A DNA stretch of 64,000 nucleotides from Candidatus Eiseniibacteriota bacterium (GTDB taxonomy: Bacteria; Eisenbacteria; RBG-16-71-46), in NCBI GenBank assembly GCA_963717935.1, contig CAVQXP010000004.1, positions 832,001-896,000 on the forward strand, in the 5' to 3' direction. The notes under the pieces were generated by a model. That model worked only from the letters and a program-made list of their open reading frames with translations. It made no database searches and was not told the DNA's origin. Of this stretch, positions 11,015-21,224 are shown one piece after another (the stretch's first letter is position 1; every line of letters starts with the position of its first letter). Made by a program: the position numbers and the translations under genes.

Positions 11015-11096
11015 GGAGGGACTCGCGTGAGGTTGGAATGTGGGTCTCGGTGATCGTGTCGGAGCCCGCGTGAGCGGACGTCCAGGAAGCGCTCGA

Positions 11097-11126
11097 ACTA
11101 TAGTCGAGCCAGTCGCGCGGTGACAA
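11097..11126 (-). promoter_or_regulatory. Putative sigma70 promoter TTGTCA-N18-TATAGT for the P-loop gene
   Basis: Near-consensus hexamers ~85 nt upstream of ATG 11014. Confidence 0.5.
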
Positions 11127-11286
11127 TCATCGGGTCATCGCCGATGCGGGACGGGTGCGCGGCGGATGACGCTCTCGACCGTGTCGAGGCCCGAGGCGGC
11201 GGTCCTGCCGGGAGACGGCCGAGGCGGGCCGCGCCGGCGCCCCGCCGCCTACGCCTCGTGCCCGGAGCGCGTTACACTGCCCGGCC

Positions 11287-12849
11287 ATGACGCGAGACGA
11301 GCCTGAGTCCGCCCTCCGCCCGCCCGCCCTCCGCCCGCCCGGGCGCGGCGCTCTGCTGGTCCTCCTCGCGGTGCTCGCGCTGGGGCTGCTCCACCTGCCG
11401 CATCCCTTCGGCTGGGACCAGTCGCTGTTCACGCTGGGCGCCGAGCGGCTCGCGGCAGGGGGCGTGCTCTACCGCGATTTCTGGGATGTGAAGCAGCCGG
11501 GCATCTACTGGTTCTACACGTCGGCCGGGCGGCTGTTCGGCTTCAGCGAGCCGGGTGTGCATCTGCTCGAGCTGCTGTGGATGATGACCTTCGCCATCAC
11601 GCTGCTAGTGACGCTCCGCCGCCGCTGGGGCCAGGGACCGGCCGCGACGCTGGCGCCGCTGTTCGTCGTCGGCGCCTACTACGCCGGGGCGACCGACTAC
11701 TATCTCACGCAGGTCGAGGGCCTCGTCGGCCTCCCGCTCTACCTGACGCTCTGGTTCTCGACCCGCGGGGCGGACGAGGAGCCCCGGGCCTGGCGGGGGT
11801 TCATCTCGGGGTTGTGTGGTGCGGTCGTGCTCCTCTTCAAGCTGGTCTTCCTGCCGCTCGTGGCGGCGTTCTGGCTGCTGGCGCTCGTGGATGCGGCGCG
11901 CAGGCGCGGCGTGGCCCGCGCGCTGGCCGTGGTGGCGCTTCCCGTGGCGCTCGGCCTGCTCCTGCCCGTCGCAGCCGTCCTGGCGCTCTTCGCGCGGCTC
12001 GATCTCCTGGGCACGCTGATCTGGACGTACTTCACGTATCCCGCCTTCCTCCTGGCGCAGATCCACGGCGGCCAGGCGGCGCGCCTCGTGGACGGGCTGC
12101 AGCGGTTCCTGCTGCGCTTCGCGCCCCTCGTGGGACTGGCCACGGTGGGGGCCGGCGCGACCGGAGGACGCCGCGACCCGCTCGGGATCGGGCTCGCGGT
12201 CTGGCTGATCGTGGGGGTCCCGGTCATCCTCGTCCAGCGCTGGTCGGGGTGGCCGTACCACGAACTGCTCCTCCTCGCGCCGCTGGGCGTGCTGGCCGCG
12301 GCGGGGGTCGGGGCGCTGGCGCCGTTCCTGGATCGCCCGGGCGCGGAGGGTCGCGGGGCACGCCGTCTGGCCGCGGCGGGACTGGCCGCCCTCTTCACCG
12401 GGCTCATCGGGTTCGCCGCGATGAAGGGCGTGCAGCTCGCGCGCGGCGGGTTCGCGCTCACGACGGCCGACCGCACCGCCTACCAGAAGCGGGTGAGCGG
12501 GCTCTATCAGGACATCTCCGGGGACGCGGCGCTCCTTGCCGCGCCGGGGCGGCGGCCGGGGACGATCTTCACCATCGAGAACCCGATCGTCTACCGCCTC
12601 GCCGGGCGCGCCCCCGCGCCGGCGTTCCGGGGCGTGCTCTTCCCGGCGGCGATGGGCGCGGCCGAATGGGCGGCGCTCACGGAACGGCTGGCCTGCGCCC
12701 CGCCCGCCTTCATCCTGGTCGAGTGGCGCTACGTCCCGCTCCTCACGGGCGACGCGCCGCGGGCGGCGAGTCTCGCCGGATATCTCGCCGCCGACTATCG
12801 CGTGGCCTTCACCACGAATCGCGGTGCCTGGTACGAGCGCGTGCGCTGA
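11287..12849 (+). CDS. Polytopic membrane glycosyltransferase-like protein (GT-C / ArnT-PMT type)
   Basis: WDQSLF..YRDFWDVKQPG after first TM, >10 TM segments, C-terminal soluble domain. Confidence 0.7.
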   Translation: MTRDEPESALRPPALRPPGRGALLVLLAVLALGLLHLPHPFGWDQSLFTLGAERLAAGGVLYRDFWDVKQPGIYWFYTSAGRLFGFSEPGVHLLELLWMMTFAITLLVTLRRRWGQGPAATLAPLFVVGAYYAGATDYYLTQVEGLVGLPLYLTLWFSTRGADEEPRAWRGFISGLCGAVVLLFKLVFLPLVAAFWLLALVDAARRRGVARALAVVALPVALGLLLPVAAVLALFARLDLLGTLIWTYFTYPAFLLAQIHGGQAARLVDGLQRFLLRFAPLVGLATVGAGATGGRRDPLGIGLAVWLIVGVPVILVQRWSGWPYHELLLLAPLGVLAAAGVGALAPFLDRPGAEGRGARRLAAAGLAALFTGLIGFAAMKGVQLARGGFALTTADRTAYQKRVSGLYQDISGDAALLAAPGRRPGTIFTIENPIVYRLAGRAPAPAFRGVLFPAAMGAAEWAALTERLACAPPAFILVEWRYVPLLTGDAPRAASLAGYLAADYRVAFTTNRGAWYERVR

Positions 12850-12924
12850 GGCGGGAGCGGGCGGCGTCCGCGTCGCCGGGCCGATGCTACACTCCGCCCC
12901 CACGGACCGATCGGGGAGGATGGC

Positions 12925-13260
12925 GTGACCGAGATGTTGCTCGTCTTCAGCACCTTCGCCAGCGAGGAGGACGCCGCGCGCGTGGTGCGCGCACTGGTCG
13001 AGGAGCGCCTGATCGCCTGCGGCAACCTGCTGCCCGGCGCCCGCTCGCTCTACCGCTGGAAGGGCGCGGTGGCGGACGAGCGCGAGGTGGTGGCGATCAT
13101 GAAGACACGCGAGCAGGGCTGGCCGGCGCTGCTCGCGCGGCTGCACGAGCTCCACCCGTACGAGGTCCCCGAGTGCGTCGCCGTGCGGATCGCCGCGGGC
13201 GCCCCGAAGTACCTCGCGTGGCTCGAGGAGGCGCTCGCCACGCCGCCGGAGGGTGCGTGA
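12925..13260 (+). CDS. cutA: Divalent-cation tolerance protein CutA
   Basis: LVEERLIAC, SLYRWKG, LHPYEVPEC, YLAWL. Confidence 0.93.
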   Translation: MTEMLLVFSTFASEEDAARVVRALVEERLIACGNLLPGARSLYRWKGAVADEREVVAIMKTREQGWPALLARLHELHPYEVPECVAVRIAAGAPKYLAWLEEALATPPEGA

Positions 13261-14293
13261 GCGCGGCCCGGCTGGTCCTCGGCATCGAGACCTCCTGCGA
13301 CGACACCTCGGTCGCCGTGCTGGAAGACGGGCACACGCTGCGCGCCCACCTGATCGCCGCGCAGGACGTGCACCGGCTCTACGGCGGCGTGGTCCCCGAG
13401 CTGGCCTCGCGCGCACACCTCGAGTTGCTGCCGCGGCTGGTCGCTCGCTGTCTGTCCGAGGCGCAGGTGGCCGCGGGCGATCTCACGGGCATCGCGGTCA
13501 CGCGCGCGCCGGGGCTGGTGGGCTCGCTCGTGGTGGGCGTGGCCTTCGCGCGGGCCTACGGCGCGGCCCTCGGCATCCCGGTGGTGGGGGTGAACCACAT
13601 CGAGGCGCACCTGCACGCGGCGACACTGGAGCACGGCCCGAGCCCGCTGCCCGCGGTGGCGCTCGTGGTCTCGGGCGGCCACACGGAACTGGTCGAGGTG
13701 CGGGGCTTCGGCCTCTACCGCTGGCTCGGGAGCACGCGCGATGACGCGGCGGGCGAGGCCTACGACAAGGTGGCGAAGCTCCTCGGTCTGGGTTTTCCCG
13801 GGGGGCCGGTGCTCGACCGGCTGGCCGCGCAGGGCAACCGCGCGGCCTTCGCGTTCCCGCGCCCGATGCTCGACCGCGCGGACCTCGACTTCTCCTTCTC
13901 GGGGCTCAAGACGGCGGTCGCGCTCGCGGTCGGCCGGCTGGGCCCGCCGCCCCACGCCGAGACGCTGCTGGCGGATCTCGCCGCCTCGTTCCAGGCCGCG
14001 GTGATGGACACGCTGGTCGGCAAGACGCTGCGGGCGGTGGACCAGGTGGGAGCCCGCGCGCTCGGCGTGGGCGGGGGCGTGGCGGCGAACCGCGAGCTGC
14101 GGGCCCGTCTCGCGGCGGGCTGCGGGAGCGGGGCATCCCGCTGAGGCTGCCGTCGTCGCGGCTCTGCGCGGACAACGCGGCGATGATCGCTCTGGTGGGC
14201 TCGTGGATGCTGCAGCGGGGCGACGCGGAGGACGCGGATCTCGACGTGGTGGCCTCGCTCGAGGAGTCCGGCTTGCCGATGGGCGGGGACTGA
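13257..14293 (+). CDS. tsaD: tRNA N6-adenosine threonylcarbamoyltransferase TsaD (one frameshift near 14125, probably a sequencing error)
   Basis: LGIETSCDDT, GGVVPELASRAH, NHIEAH, SGGHT, DDAAGEAYDK, FSFSGLKT; C-terminus LCADNAAMIA continues in another frame to TGA 14291-14293. Confidence 0.93.
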
Positions 14294-14605
14294 CCCAGGT
14301 CCCGCGGCAGGAGCGCCCGGGTCCGGCACCGGCGGGGTCTCTGCCCGGCCCGTGCCGGGTGCCGCTCCGGCCGGTTCTCCTTGCCGGACTGGCCCGTGGC
14401 CCCCTCTCCAAAACGCTGCAGTCCCGCCCGGGCCCTGCCGATACCCAAGGTGCTGCCGCCCGTCGTGCCGGGGCATGCCGGCGGACGCCGGGGCGGCCGT
14501 GAAGGGACCCGTAGGTCCGTGCCCGCATGGCACGTGGCCAGCACGAAGACCTGCATGAAGCGACCCGTGACGAGTCTGGCGAACCCTCGGTAGGAGTCCC
14601 TTGCG

Positions 14606-15571
14606 GTGGCCAAGTCCAGAATCCTGATCGCGGAAGACGAGCCGCACCTGCGAGAGGTGCTGCACATCCAACTCGAGCTGGCGGGCTTCGAGGTGATCGA
14701 GGCATGCGACGGCGAAGAGGTCCTCGAGTTGGCCCAGCACGTGCGCCCGGACGTGATCCTGCTCGACGTCATGATGCCTCGCAAGGATGGCTACGAGGCC
14801 CTGAAGTCGCTGCGCGCCTCGTATGCGACCCGCTTCATCCCGATCATCATGCTCACGGCCAAGGACACGAAGGAAGACGTCCTGAACGGCGTCCAGGGCG
14901 GGGCCAACGACTACCTCACCAAGCCCTACGACCGCAGCGAGCTGATGCTGCGGATCAACAACCAGCTGAGCTGGAGCCGCCAGCAGCGCGAGGCCAACCC
15001 GCTCACCGGCCTGCCCGGGAACCTCTCCATCAACCGCGAGACCGAGCGCCGCCTCGGCTCGGGCGAGCCCTTCGCGCTGCTCCAGGTGGACATCGATTTC
15101 TTCAAGGCCTACAACGACCACTATGGCTATCCGCGCGGCGACGAGGCCATCCAGACCCTGTCGCGCATCCTGGTCGACGCCGCGAGCCACCACGGCGAGG
15201 GGAACTTCGTCGGGCACATCGGCGGCGACGACTTCGTGCTGCTCTCCACGCCCGAGCACGCCAAGGCCCTCGGCCAGGAGATCATCGACGCCTTCAGCGG
15301 TGCGGCTCCGTCGCTCTACGACGCCGAGGACCGCGAGCGCGGCTACGTCGAGGTCAAGAACCGTCGGGACGAGCTCGAACACTTCCCGCTCATGACCGTG
15401 ACCATCGCTCTGGTCAGCACGGACCGGGCCCAGGTCTCGCACCTGGCGCAACTCACGGACATCGCGCAGGAGCTGAAGGCCCACGGCAAGGGTATCCCCG
15501 GGAGCGTGCTGGTCGGGGAGCGCCGCCACATCGAGGCCCGCGGGCCCGACACGGAACGGCACGCGGCTTAG
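14606..15571 (+). CDS. Response regulator receiver + GGDEF diguanylate cyclase
   Basis: REC (AEDE, LLDVMMP, KP), NPLTGLPGN, DIDFFKAYNDHYG, HIGGDDF. Confidence 0.92.
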   Translation: MAKSRILIAEDEPHLREVLHIQLELAGFEVIEACDGEEVLELAQHVRPDVILLDVMMPRKDGYEALKSLRASYATRFIPIIMLTAKDTKEDVLNGVQGGANDYLTKPYDRSELMLRINNQLSWSRQQREANPLTGLPGNLSINRETERRLGSGEPFALLQVDIDFFKAYNDHYGYPRGDEAIQTLSRILVDAASHHGEGNFVGHIGGDDFVLLSTPEHAKALGQEIIDAFSGAAPSLYDAEDRERGYVEVKNRRDELEHFPLMTVTIALVSTDRAQVSHLAQLTDIAQELKAHGKGIPGSVLVGERRHIEARGPDTERHAA

Positions 15572-15580
15572 GCAGGCGAC

Positions 15581-18355
15581 ATGAGCCGGCACAGCGCCAA
15601 TCAGGGGCCGTCCCAGAGCGAGCTGCACATGAGGGGGGAGCTCGACCGGACGCGCCGGGAGCTGACCAAGCTCAAGAAGGGCATGGTCGCATCCGCCACG
15701 GCCGCCGCGGCCGAGTCCGCATCCGCCACGGCCGCCGCGGCCGAGTCCGCATCCGCCGCGTCCGCCGCGGCCGAGTCCGCATCTGCCGTGTCCGCCGCGG
15801 CCGAGTCCGCATCTGCCGTGTCCGCCCCGGGCGCCGGGGCCGGGCTGCACGACCACGCGTCCGGTTCGCCCCGGGAGATCGAGAAGCTGCGCCGCCTCGT
15901 GGCGGAGCTCACCGCCACGCGCCAGCGCCTGAGCCGCCTCTACTTCAGCCAGATCGAGGAGAACCGGCAGCGCGGGAAGCGCCTGCACCAGATCCTCGGG
16001 AGCCTGGCGCAGATCAGCTCCGAACTGGACCTCGCCGCCCTGCTGCCGCGCATCGCCGGGGTCGTCGCCACGAGCCTCGGATTCCGCGTCGTCCTGATCC
16101 GCATCCTCGAGCCCGGTTCCGGCCGGCTCCGGGCGCGTGCTTTCGTCGGCATCGACGATGCCGGCCGGGCCCGGCTCGAGCTCACCGACGTCGCGGTCGA
16201 GGAGTTCACCGGCTGGCTCAAGGACGAGTTCCGCGTCGGCCGCTCGTACTTCATCAGCCATCGGCACGAGTTCAACCGGCAGCTCCCGGAGGGCTACAGG
16301 ACGGATCTCGGGCCCCGCGAGGAGTGGGAGTGGCACGCGGACGACGTGCTCCTGGTCCCGTTGCGGAGCCGCGACGGAGAGCTGGTGGGCTACTTCTCGG
16401 TGGACGACCCGGAGAACCGGCTGGTGCCCTCGACCGAGGTCATCGAACTGCTGGAGATCTTCGGCTACCACGCCGCGGTCGCGATCGAGAACGCCCGGCT
16501 CTACCGGGAGCGGGACGAACAGGCCCGCCAGCTCCGGGGGTCCGGACAGCGCGCCCAGGAGCTGCACGCGCTCAGGAGCGGCCTGGTCTCGACCGTCTCC
16601 CGCGAAGTGCGCGCGCCGCTCACCGCAGTCCAGGCGCTCCTGGACGCCTTGCTCTCGACGCCCGAAGGCGAGCTCGCGCCAGACCGCCTGCGCCACTTCC
16701 TGAGCCTCATGAACGAGGAGACCCGGCGCCTGGCGCGGCTCATCGATTCGGTGCTCGACCTCAACCCCTTCGATCCCGGGGACTTGCGGTCGGAGCGCGA
16801 GTCCGTGGACGTCGTGGGGATCGTCACGGACACGGTGCGCCTGCTGGCTCCGGTCGCCGAAGCCGGGCAGGTAAACCTCAAGCTGGTGAACGATTGCGCC
16901 GATACCCGGATGGAAGCGGACCCGGACCAGATGCGGCAACTGGCGCTGCACCTGGGGAGCAACGCGGTCAAGTTCACCCCGCCGGGGGGAGCGGTGACCG
17001 TGTCGCTCTCGGGTTCGGCCGACGAGATCGCTCTGCGGGTGGAGGACACCGGCATCGGCATCCCGGAGGCGGCGCTCGAGAACGTGTTCGAGCGTTTCTA
17101 TCAGGGGGACGCGTCGCTGGTCCGCCGCTTCGGCGGAACGGGATTGGGACTGGCGGTCTGCAAGTCCATCGTCGAGTGGCATGGGGGGCGCATCACCGCC
17201 GAGAGCGCTCCCGGCCGCGGCTCGTGCTTCACCGTGGTGCTGCCACGGCGGAGTGGTCCGCGGGTGGCTTTGCAGTCGGATTCGTCGGCGCCGCAGGCGT
17301 CGGAGGGCCTCTTGAGGCTGGCGATCGAAATGGTGGCGGAGGTCATGGACGCGCGCGTGGTCTCCCTGCTGGCCCCCGGGCCGGACGGGGATCTCGCCGT
17401 GTGCGCGGCCATCGGTCTCGACGCGCGCGTGATGCGCGAGACGCGCATCCGCCCGGGCACCGGGGTCGTTGGCTGGGTGGCCGAGAACCGGCGCCCGCGG
17501 TGCGCCTCGAACGCCGAGGAGCCGAGCGGGATCGCCGGCGCGGACCACGAGCGCCACCGGACGCGCACCTTCCTCTCGGTGCCGGTCGAGGGCGACGAGG
17601 GCTTGCTCGGCGTGCTCAACGTGACCGATCCCGTCTCGGGGGAGGCCTTCGAGGCACAGGACTGCGAACTGTTGCTCCGCCTGGCCGAGCGCGTGGGCAC
17701 CGCGTGGGCCGCGCCGCAGCGCACGGACGATGCCTGCTCCGGCATCGAGGGCACCGCGCTCGCGCCGAGCCGGAAGCCGTGTCACCTCGGGGGCGGCCGC
17801 ATCGAGGCTGCCGATGGCGCGCGGCTCGCCCGCGCGCTGGCACGGGAGCTGGGGCTCAGCGAGGCCGAGGTGGCGAACATCACCTTCGCGGCCTGCGTGC
17901 ACGACATCCGCACGACCCGGCTGCCGGGCAGCCCGTGCGAGAGCGCTTCGTCCTTCTCTTCGGACGAGCGCAAGCAGGCGGAGCGACACGTCGAGACCGG
18001 GGCGGACCCGCTGGAGCCGCTGGAGATGGTCGGCGCGTTGCGCGAGATCGTGCTGTCACGCCACGAATGGTGGGACGGCACCGGCTACCCGTGCGCGCTG
18101 CGCGCGGAGGAGATTCCCATCGGGGCCCGCATCCTGGCCGTGGTGGACGCGTGGGAGAGCATGACGGTGGGCAGGCCCCACCGGCCCGCGCGCAGGGAAG
18201 ACGACGCCCGGCTCGAGCTGGGGCGTCTCGCGGGGCGGCAGTTCGAACCCCGTGTCGTCGAAGCCTTCGAGCGCGTGCTGGACGCCGCAAGTCCGCAGCC
18301 CGCGCCCGGGGAATCGAACGCAACGGACGACGCGAACGCCATCGCAAGGAGGTGA
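15581..18355 (+). CDS. Hybrid GAF-HisKA-HATPase-GAF-HD-GYP signalling protein (degenerate H-box)
   Basis: GAF (AAVAIENARLY), H-box SREVRAPL, N box SNAVKFT, G1 DTGIGI, G2 GTGLGL, second GAF, HDI and HEWWDGTGYP. Confidence 0.85.
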   Translation: MSRHSANQGPSQSELHMRGELDRTRRELTKLKKGMVASATAAAAESASATAAAAESASAASAAAESASAVSAAAESASAVSAPGAGAGLHDHASGSPREIEKLRRLVAELTATRQRLSRLYFSQIEENRQRGKRLHQILGSLAQISSELDLAALLPRIAGVVATSLGFRVVLIRILEPGSGRLRARAFVGIDDAGRARLELTDVAVEEFTGWLKDEFRVGRSYFISHRHEFNRQLPEGYRTDLGPREEWEWHADDVLLVPLRSRDGELVGYFSVDDPENRLVPSTEVIELLEIFGYHAAVAIENARLYRERDEQARQLRGSGQRAQELHALRSGLVSTVSREVRAPLTAVQALLDALLSTPEGELAPDRLRHFLSLMNEETRRLARLIDSVLDLNPFDPGDLRSERESVDVVGIVTDTVRLLAPVAEAGQVNLKLVNDCADTRMEADPDQMRQLALHLGSNAVKFTPPGGAVTVSLSGSADEIALRVEDTGIGIPEAALENVFERFYQGDASLVRRFGGTGLGLAVCKSIVEWHGGRITAESAPGRGSCFTVVLPRRSGPRVALQSDSSAPQASEGLLRLAIEMVAEVMDARVVSLLAPGPDGDLAVCAAIGLDARVMRETRIRPGTGVVGWVAENRRPRCASNAEEPSGIAGADHERHRTRTFLSVPVEGDEGLLGVLNVTDPVSGEAFEAQDCELLLRLAERVGTAWAAPQRTDDACSGIEGTALAPSRKPCHLGGGRIEAADGARLARALARELGLSEAEVANITFAACVHDIRTTRLPGSPCESASSFSSDERKQAERHVETGADPLEPLEMVGALREIVLSRHEWWDGTGYPCALRAEEIPIGARILAVVDAWESMTVGRPHRPARREDDARLELGRLAGRQFEPRVVEAFERVLDAASPQPAPGESNATDDANAIARR
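15688..15826 (+). repeat. In-frame 30-bp tandem repeat (~4.6 copies; ASATAAAAES/ASAVSAAAES)
   Basis: Unit CGCATCCGCCACGGCCGCCGCGGCCGAGTC at 15688, 15718, 15748, 15778, partial at 15808. Confidence 0.93.
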
Positions 18356-18360
18356 GTGAC

Positions 18361-18756
18361 ATGGCGAAGGGCAAGATTCTGGTCGTGGACGATGAGATCT
18401 ACATCGTGCACATCCTGGATTTCAGTCTGGGCATGGAAGGCTACGAAGTGCTGACCGCGCTGGACGGCGAGCAGGCGCTGGAGAGGGCGCGCGCCGAGCA
18501 CCCGGACCTCATCGTGCTGGACATCATGATGCCCAAGCTGGACGGCTACGAGACCTGCAAGAGGCTCAAGGCCGATCCGTCGACGAAGGACATCCCGGTG
18601 ATCCTGCTGTCGGCCAAGGGCCGCAACGTGGATCAGAAGGTCGGTTTCGAAGTCGGAGCCGACGACTACATCACCAAGCCGTTCAGTCCGCGCAAGCTGG
18701 TCGAGCGCATCAACGCGCTGCTCGGCCAGGCCAGCCCCCACCGCATGCAGGCCTGA
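18361..18756 (+). CDS. Single-domain response regulator
   Basis: VVDDE, VLDIMMP, SAKG, KPF; AGGAGG RBS. Confidence 0.93.
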   Translation: MAKGKILVVDDEIYIVHILDFSLGMEGYEVLTALDGEQALERARAEHPDLIVLDIMMPKLDGYETCKRLKADPSTKDIPVILLSAKGRNVDQKVGFEVGADDYITKPFSPRKLVERINALLGQASPHRMQA

Positions 18757-18910
18757 CCCCCGGTCCGGAGTCTTCACCTCTCCGTCGACCGGGGGCGGGC
18801 CGCGGGCTTGGGCTGCCCCTGGCGCGCCGCGTGCTTGCCGCGCGGCCGTTCGCACGTCATGCTGGTCCTGACGTCCACGAGCGCCACGCGCCTCCCAACC
18901 CGACCCGGAC

Positions 18911-20908
18911 ATGCCCTTCGCCCACGTCGCCTTGCCGCTGCCCGTGCGGCAGACCTTCCTCTACCGCATCCCCGAAGCGCTCGTGCCGCGCGCCGTGCCC
19001 GGCGCCCAGGTCACGGTGCCGTTCCGCGGGCGCGCGAGGCGCGGCTTCGTCGTCGCCCTCTGCGCAGCCTGCGACCTCGAGAAGGTGAGTGACCTGGGGG
19101 GCGTGCTGCCGGTGCCGCCGCTCTCGGCGCACCTGCTCGAACTGGCCCGCTGGATCGCCGAGTACTACCTCGCCCCGCTGGGCGAGGTGCTTGCAGCGGT
19201 CCTGCCAGGCGGGCTCGAGGGCTTCGCGAGGAGCCGCGCGCGCCGGGGGGCCGAGGAGGAGCCCGTGATGACGCTTCCGCTGCCCGAGCGCATGCGGCTC
19301 ACGGGCGGGCAGACCGCGGCCGTGCGCGAGGTGGTGGGTGCGGTCGCCCGCGGGGGCTTCGTCCCGTTGCTGCTCCACGGCGTGACCGCGAGCGGCAAGA
19401 CCGAGGTCTACCTGCGCGCCGCGCACGCCGCCCGCGAGGCCGGCGGGCAGACCCTGGTGCTGGTCCCCGAGGTGGCGCTGGGCTCGCAGGTGGTGGCGGC
19501 CTTCCGCAAGCGCTTCTCGGCGCGGGTCGGAGTGCTGCACTCCTACCTCACGGTGGGCGAGCGCCGCCGCAACTGGGAGCTGGCGAGCCGCGGCGCGCTC
19601 GACGTGGTGGTGGGTGCGCGCTCGGCGGTCTTCGCGCCGTTGCCGGACCTCCGCTTGATCGTCGTGGACGAGGAGCACGAGCCCGCCTACAAGCAGAGCG
19701 AGATGCTGCGCTACCACGGGCGTGACGTCGCCGTGCGGCGCGCGCAGTTGCTGGGCATCCCGGTGGTGCTGGGTTCGGCCACGCCGAGCCTGGAGTCGCT
19801 GGCCAACGCCGCGCGCGGCAAGTATCGCCTGCTGCGGCTCCCCGGGCGCGTGGACTCGCGCCCCATGCCGGTGGTGCGGGTCGTGGACCTGAGACGGGAC
19901 AGCGCGGGCCACGAGCTGCTCTCTCGCCCGCTGCGCCAGGCCATCGCCGAGCGGCTCGAACGCCGCGAGCAGACCGTGCTGTTCCTGAACCGCCGCGGGC
20001 ACTCGCACCACACCCAGTGCCGCGCCTGCGGCTTCACGCCCGAGTGCCCGAACTGCGACATCACGCTCACGCTGCACCTGGCGCCCAGTGAGTGGCGCTG
20101 CCACTACTGCGACCACCGCCAGCCAGCCTCGGTGCGCTGTCCGTCCTGCCAGGCCCCGATGCTGCGCTTCGCCGGCGCGGGCACGCAGCGCGCCGAGCGC
20201 GAGATCGCCGCGGCCTTCCCGGGCGCGCGCCTGCTGCGCCTCGACACCGACGTGGCGTGCGTGCCGGGCCGTACCCACCAGGTGCTCGCGGCCTTCGCGC
20301 GCGGCGAGGCCGACGTGCTGCTCGGCACCCAGATGATCGCCAAGGGGCTCGACTTCCCGCGGGTGACGCTGGTGGGCGTGCTGGACGCCGACGTGGCGCT
20401 CCACCTGCCGGATTTCCGCGCGGCCGAGCGCACCTTCCAGCTGCTGGTGCAGGTCTCGGGGCGCGCCGGGCGTGGCCCGGTCGCCGGCGAGGTGTTCGTG
20501 CAGACCTGCACCCCCGATCACCACGCGGTGGTGTCCGCGGCGCTGAACGACGAGCGCCTGTTCCTCGATCGCGAGCTCGCGCAGCGTCGCGAGGCGGGCT
20601 ACCCGCCGTTCCGCCGGCTCGCGACGGTCCTGTTCTCGGGGAAGGACGAGGGCGAGGTCGAAGCCGCGGCGGCGCGCATCCGCGAGAGCATCGAGGCGCC
20701 GGCCGAGGCGGCGGGCGTCGAGGTGCTGGGACCGGCGCCCCAGGCGCTGGCACGACTCCGGGGGCGCCACCGCTGGCACCTGCTGCTCAAGGCCACGAAC
20801 GCCGCGCGCTTGCGGGAGTCGGTGGCGCGCGCGCTGGAGCAGGCGGACGCGGCGCGGCTCAAGGGCGTGAAGGTCATGGCGGACGTGGACCCGGTGGAGG
20901 TGCTGTGA
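18911..20908 (+). CDS. priA: Primosomal protein N' (replication restart helicase)
   Basis: HGVTASGKTEVY, DEEH, GSATPSLE, LNRRG, Cys-rich Zn motifs, GTQMIAKGLDFP, QVSGRAGR. Confidence 0.96.
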   Translation: MPFAHVALPLPVRQTFLYRIPEALVPRAVPGAQVTVPFRGRARRGFVVALCAACDLEKVSDLGGVLPVPPLSAHLLELARWIAEYYLAPLGEVLAAVLPGGLEGFARSRARRGAEEEPVMTLPLPERMRLTGGQTAAVREVVGAVARGGFVPLLLHGVTASGKTEVYLRAAHAAREAGGQTLVLVPEVALGSQVVAAFRKRFSARVGVLHSYLTVGERRRNWELASRGALDVVVGARSAVFAPLPDLRLIVVDEEHEPAYKQSEMLRYHGRDVAVRRAQLLGIPVVLGSATPSLESLANAARGKYRLLRLPGRVDSRPMPVVRVVDLRRDSAGHELLSRPLRQAIAERLERREQTVLFLNRRGHSHHTQCRACGFTPECPNCDITLTLHLAPSEWRCHYCDHRQPASVRCPSCQAPMLRFAGAGTQRAEREIAAAFPGARLLRLDTDVACVPGRTHQVLAAFARGEADVLLGTQMIAKGLDFPRVTLVGVLDADVALHLPDFRAAERTFQLLVQVSGRAGRGPVAGEVFVQTCTPDHHAVVSAALNDERLFLDRELAQRREAGYPPFRRLATVLFSGKDEGEVEAAAARIRESIEAPAEAAGVEVLGPAPQALARLRGRHRWHLLLKATNAARLRESVARALEQADAARLKGVKVMADVDPVEVL

Positions 20909-21128
20909 GCGCGTGAGGACGCAGCGCGCCGTCCGTCCGGCGCCCCACCCGGGCGGGGCCGGACAGCGCCGCCCGCCACGGCGCAGCCGCCCGGGCCTTC
21001 CCCGTCCCGGGCGACCTGTCCCAGGAATGCCACACCCCAGTGTCGCGCATGCGACTGGAGGCCGGGGGGCGCCCGCAGGAGGGCCTCCGCCGGCTTGGCC
21101 GGCGGGCCGGCCCGCGGGGGCTTCCGCC

Positions 21129-21158
21129 TTGACTCAGTTGCGTTTGCGCCCCTAGAGT
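21129..21158 (+). promoter_or_regulatory. Putative sigma70 promoter TTGACT-N18-TAGAGT
   Basis: Near-consensus hexamers ~65 nt upstream of HD gene. Confidence 0.45.
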
Positions 21159-21224
21159 CCACGCGCTCGACTGCCCGCTCTAGCCCGTCAGGGCTGGCAC
21201 ACTACCCGCATACCAGGGCCTTTC

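Noticed and set aside
11317..11340. Short CGCCCGCCCGCCCTC duplication near the start of the GT-C gene
   Set aside because: Two low-complexity copies only; not informative
15688..15826. CRISPR array
   Set aside because: Repeats are contiguous with no spacers, in frame within a CDS, and no cas genes are present
13760..18756. Very long alternative ORFs (13760..17989 -, 14527..18756 +; similarly 32970..36569, 40269..43037, 56893..59580)
   Set aside because: Shadow frames of real genes; Arg/Ala/Pro/Gly-rich with no motifs, as expected at very high GC
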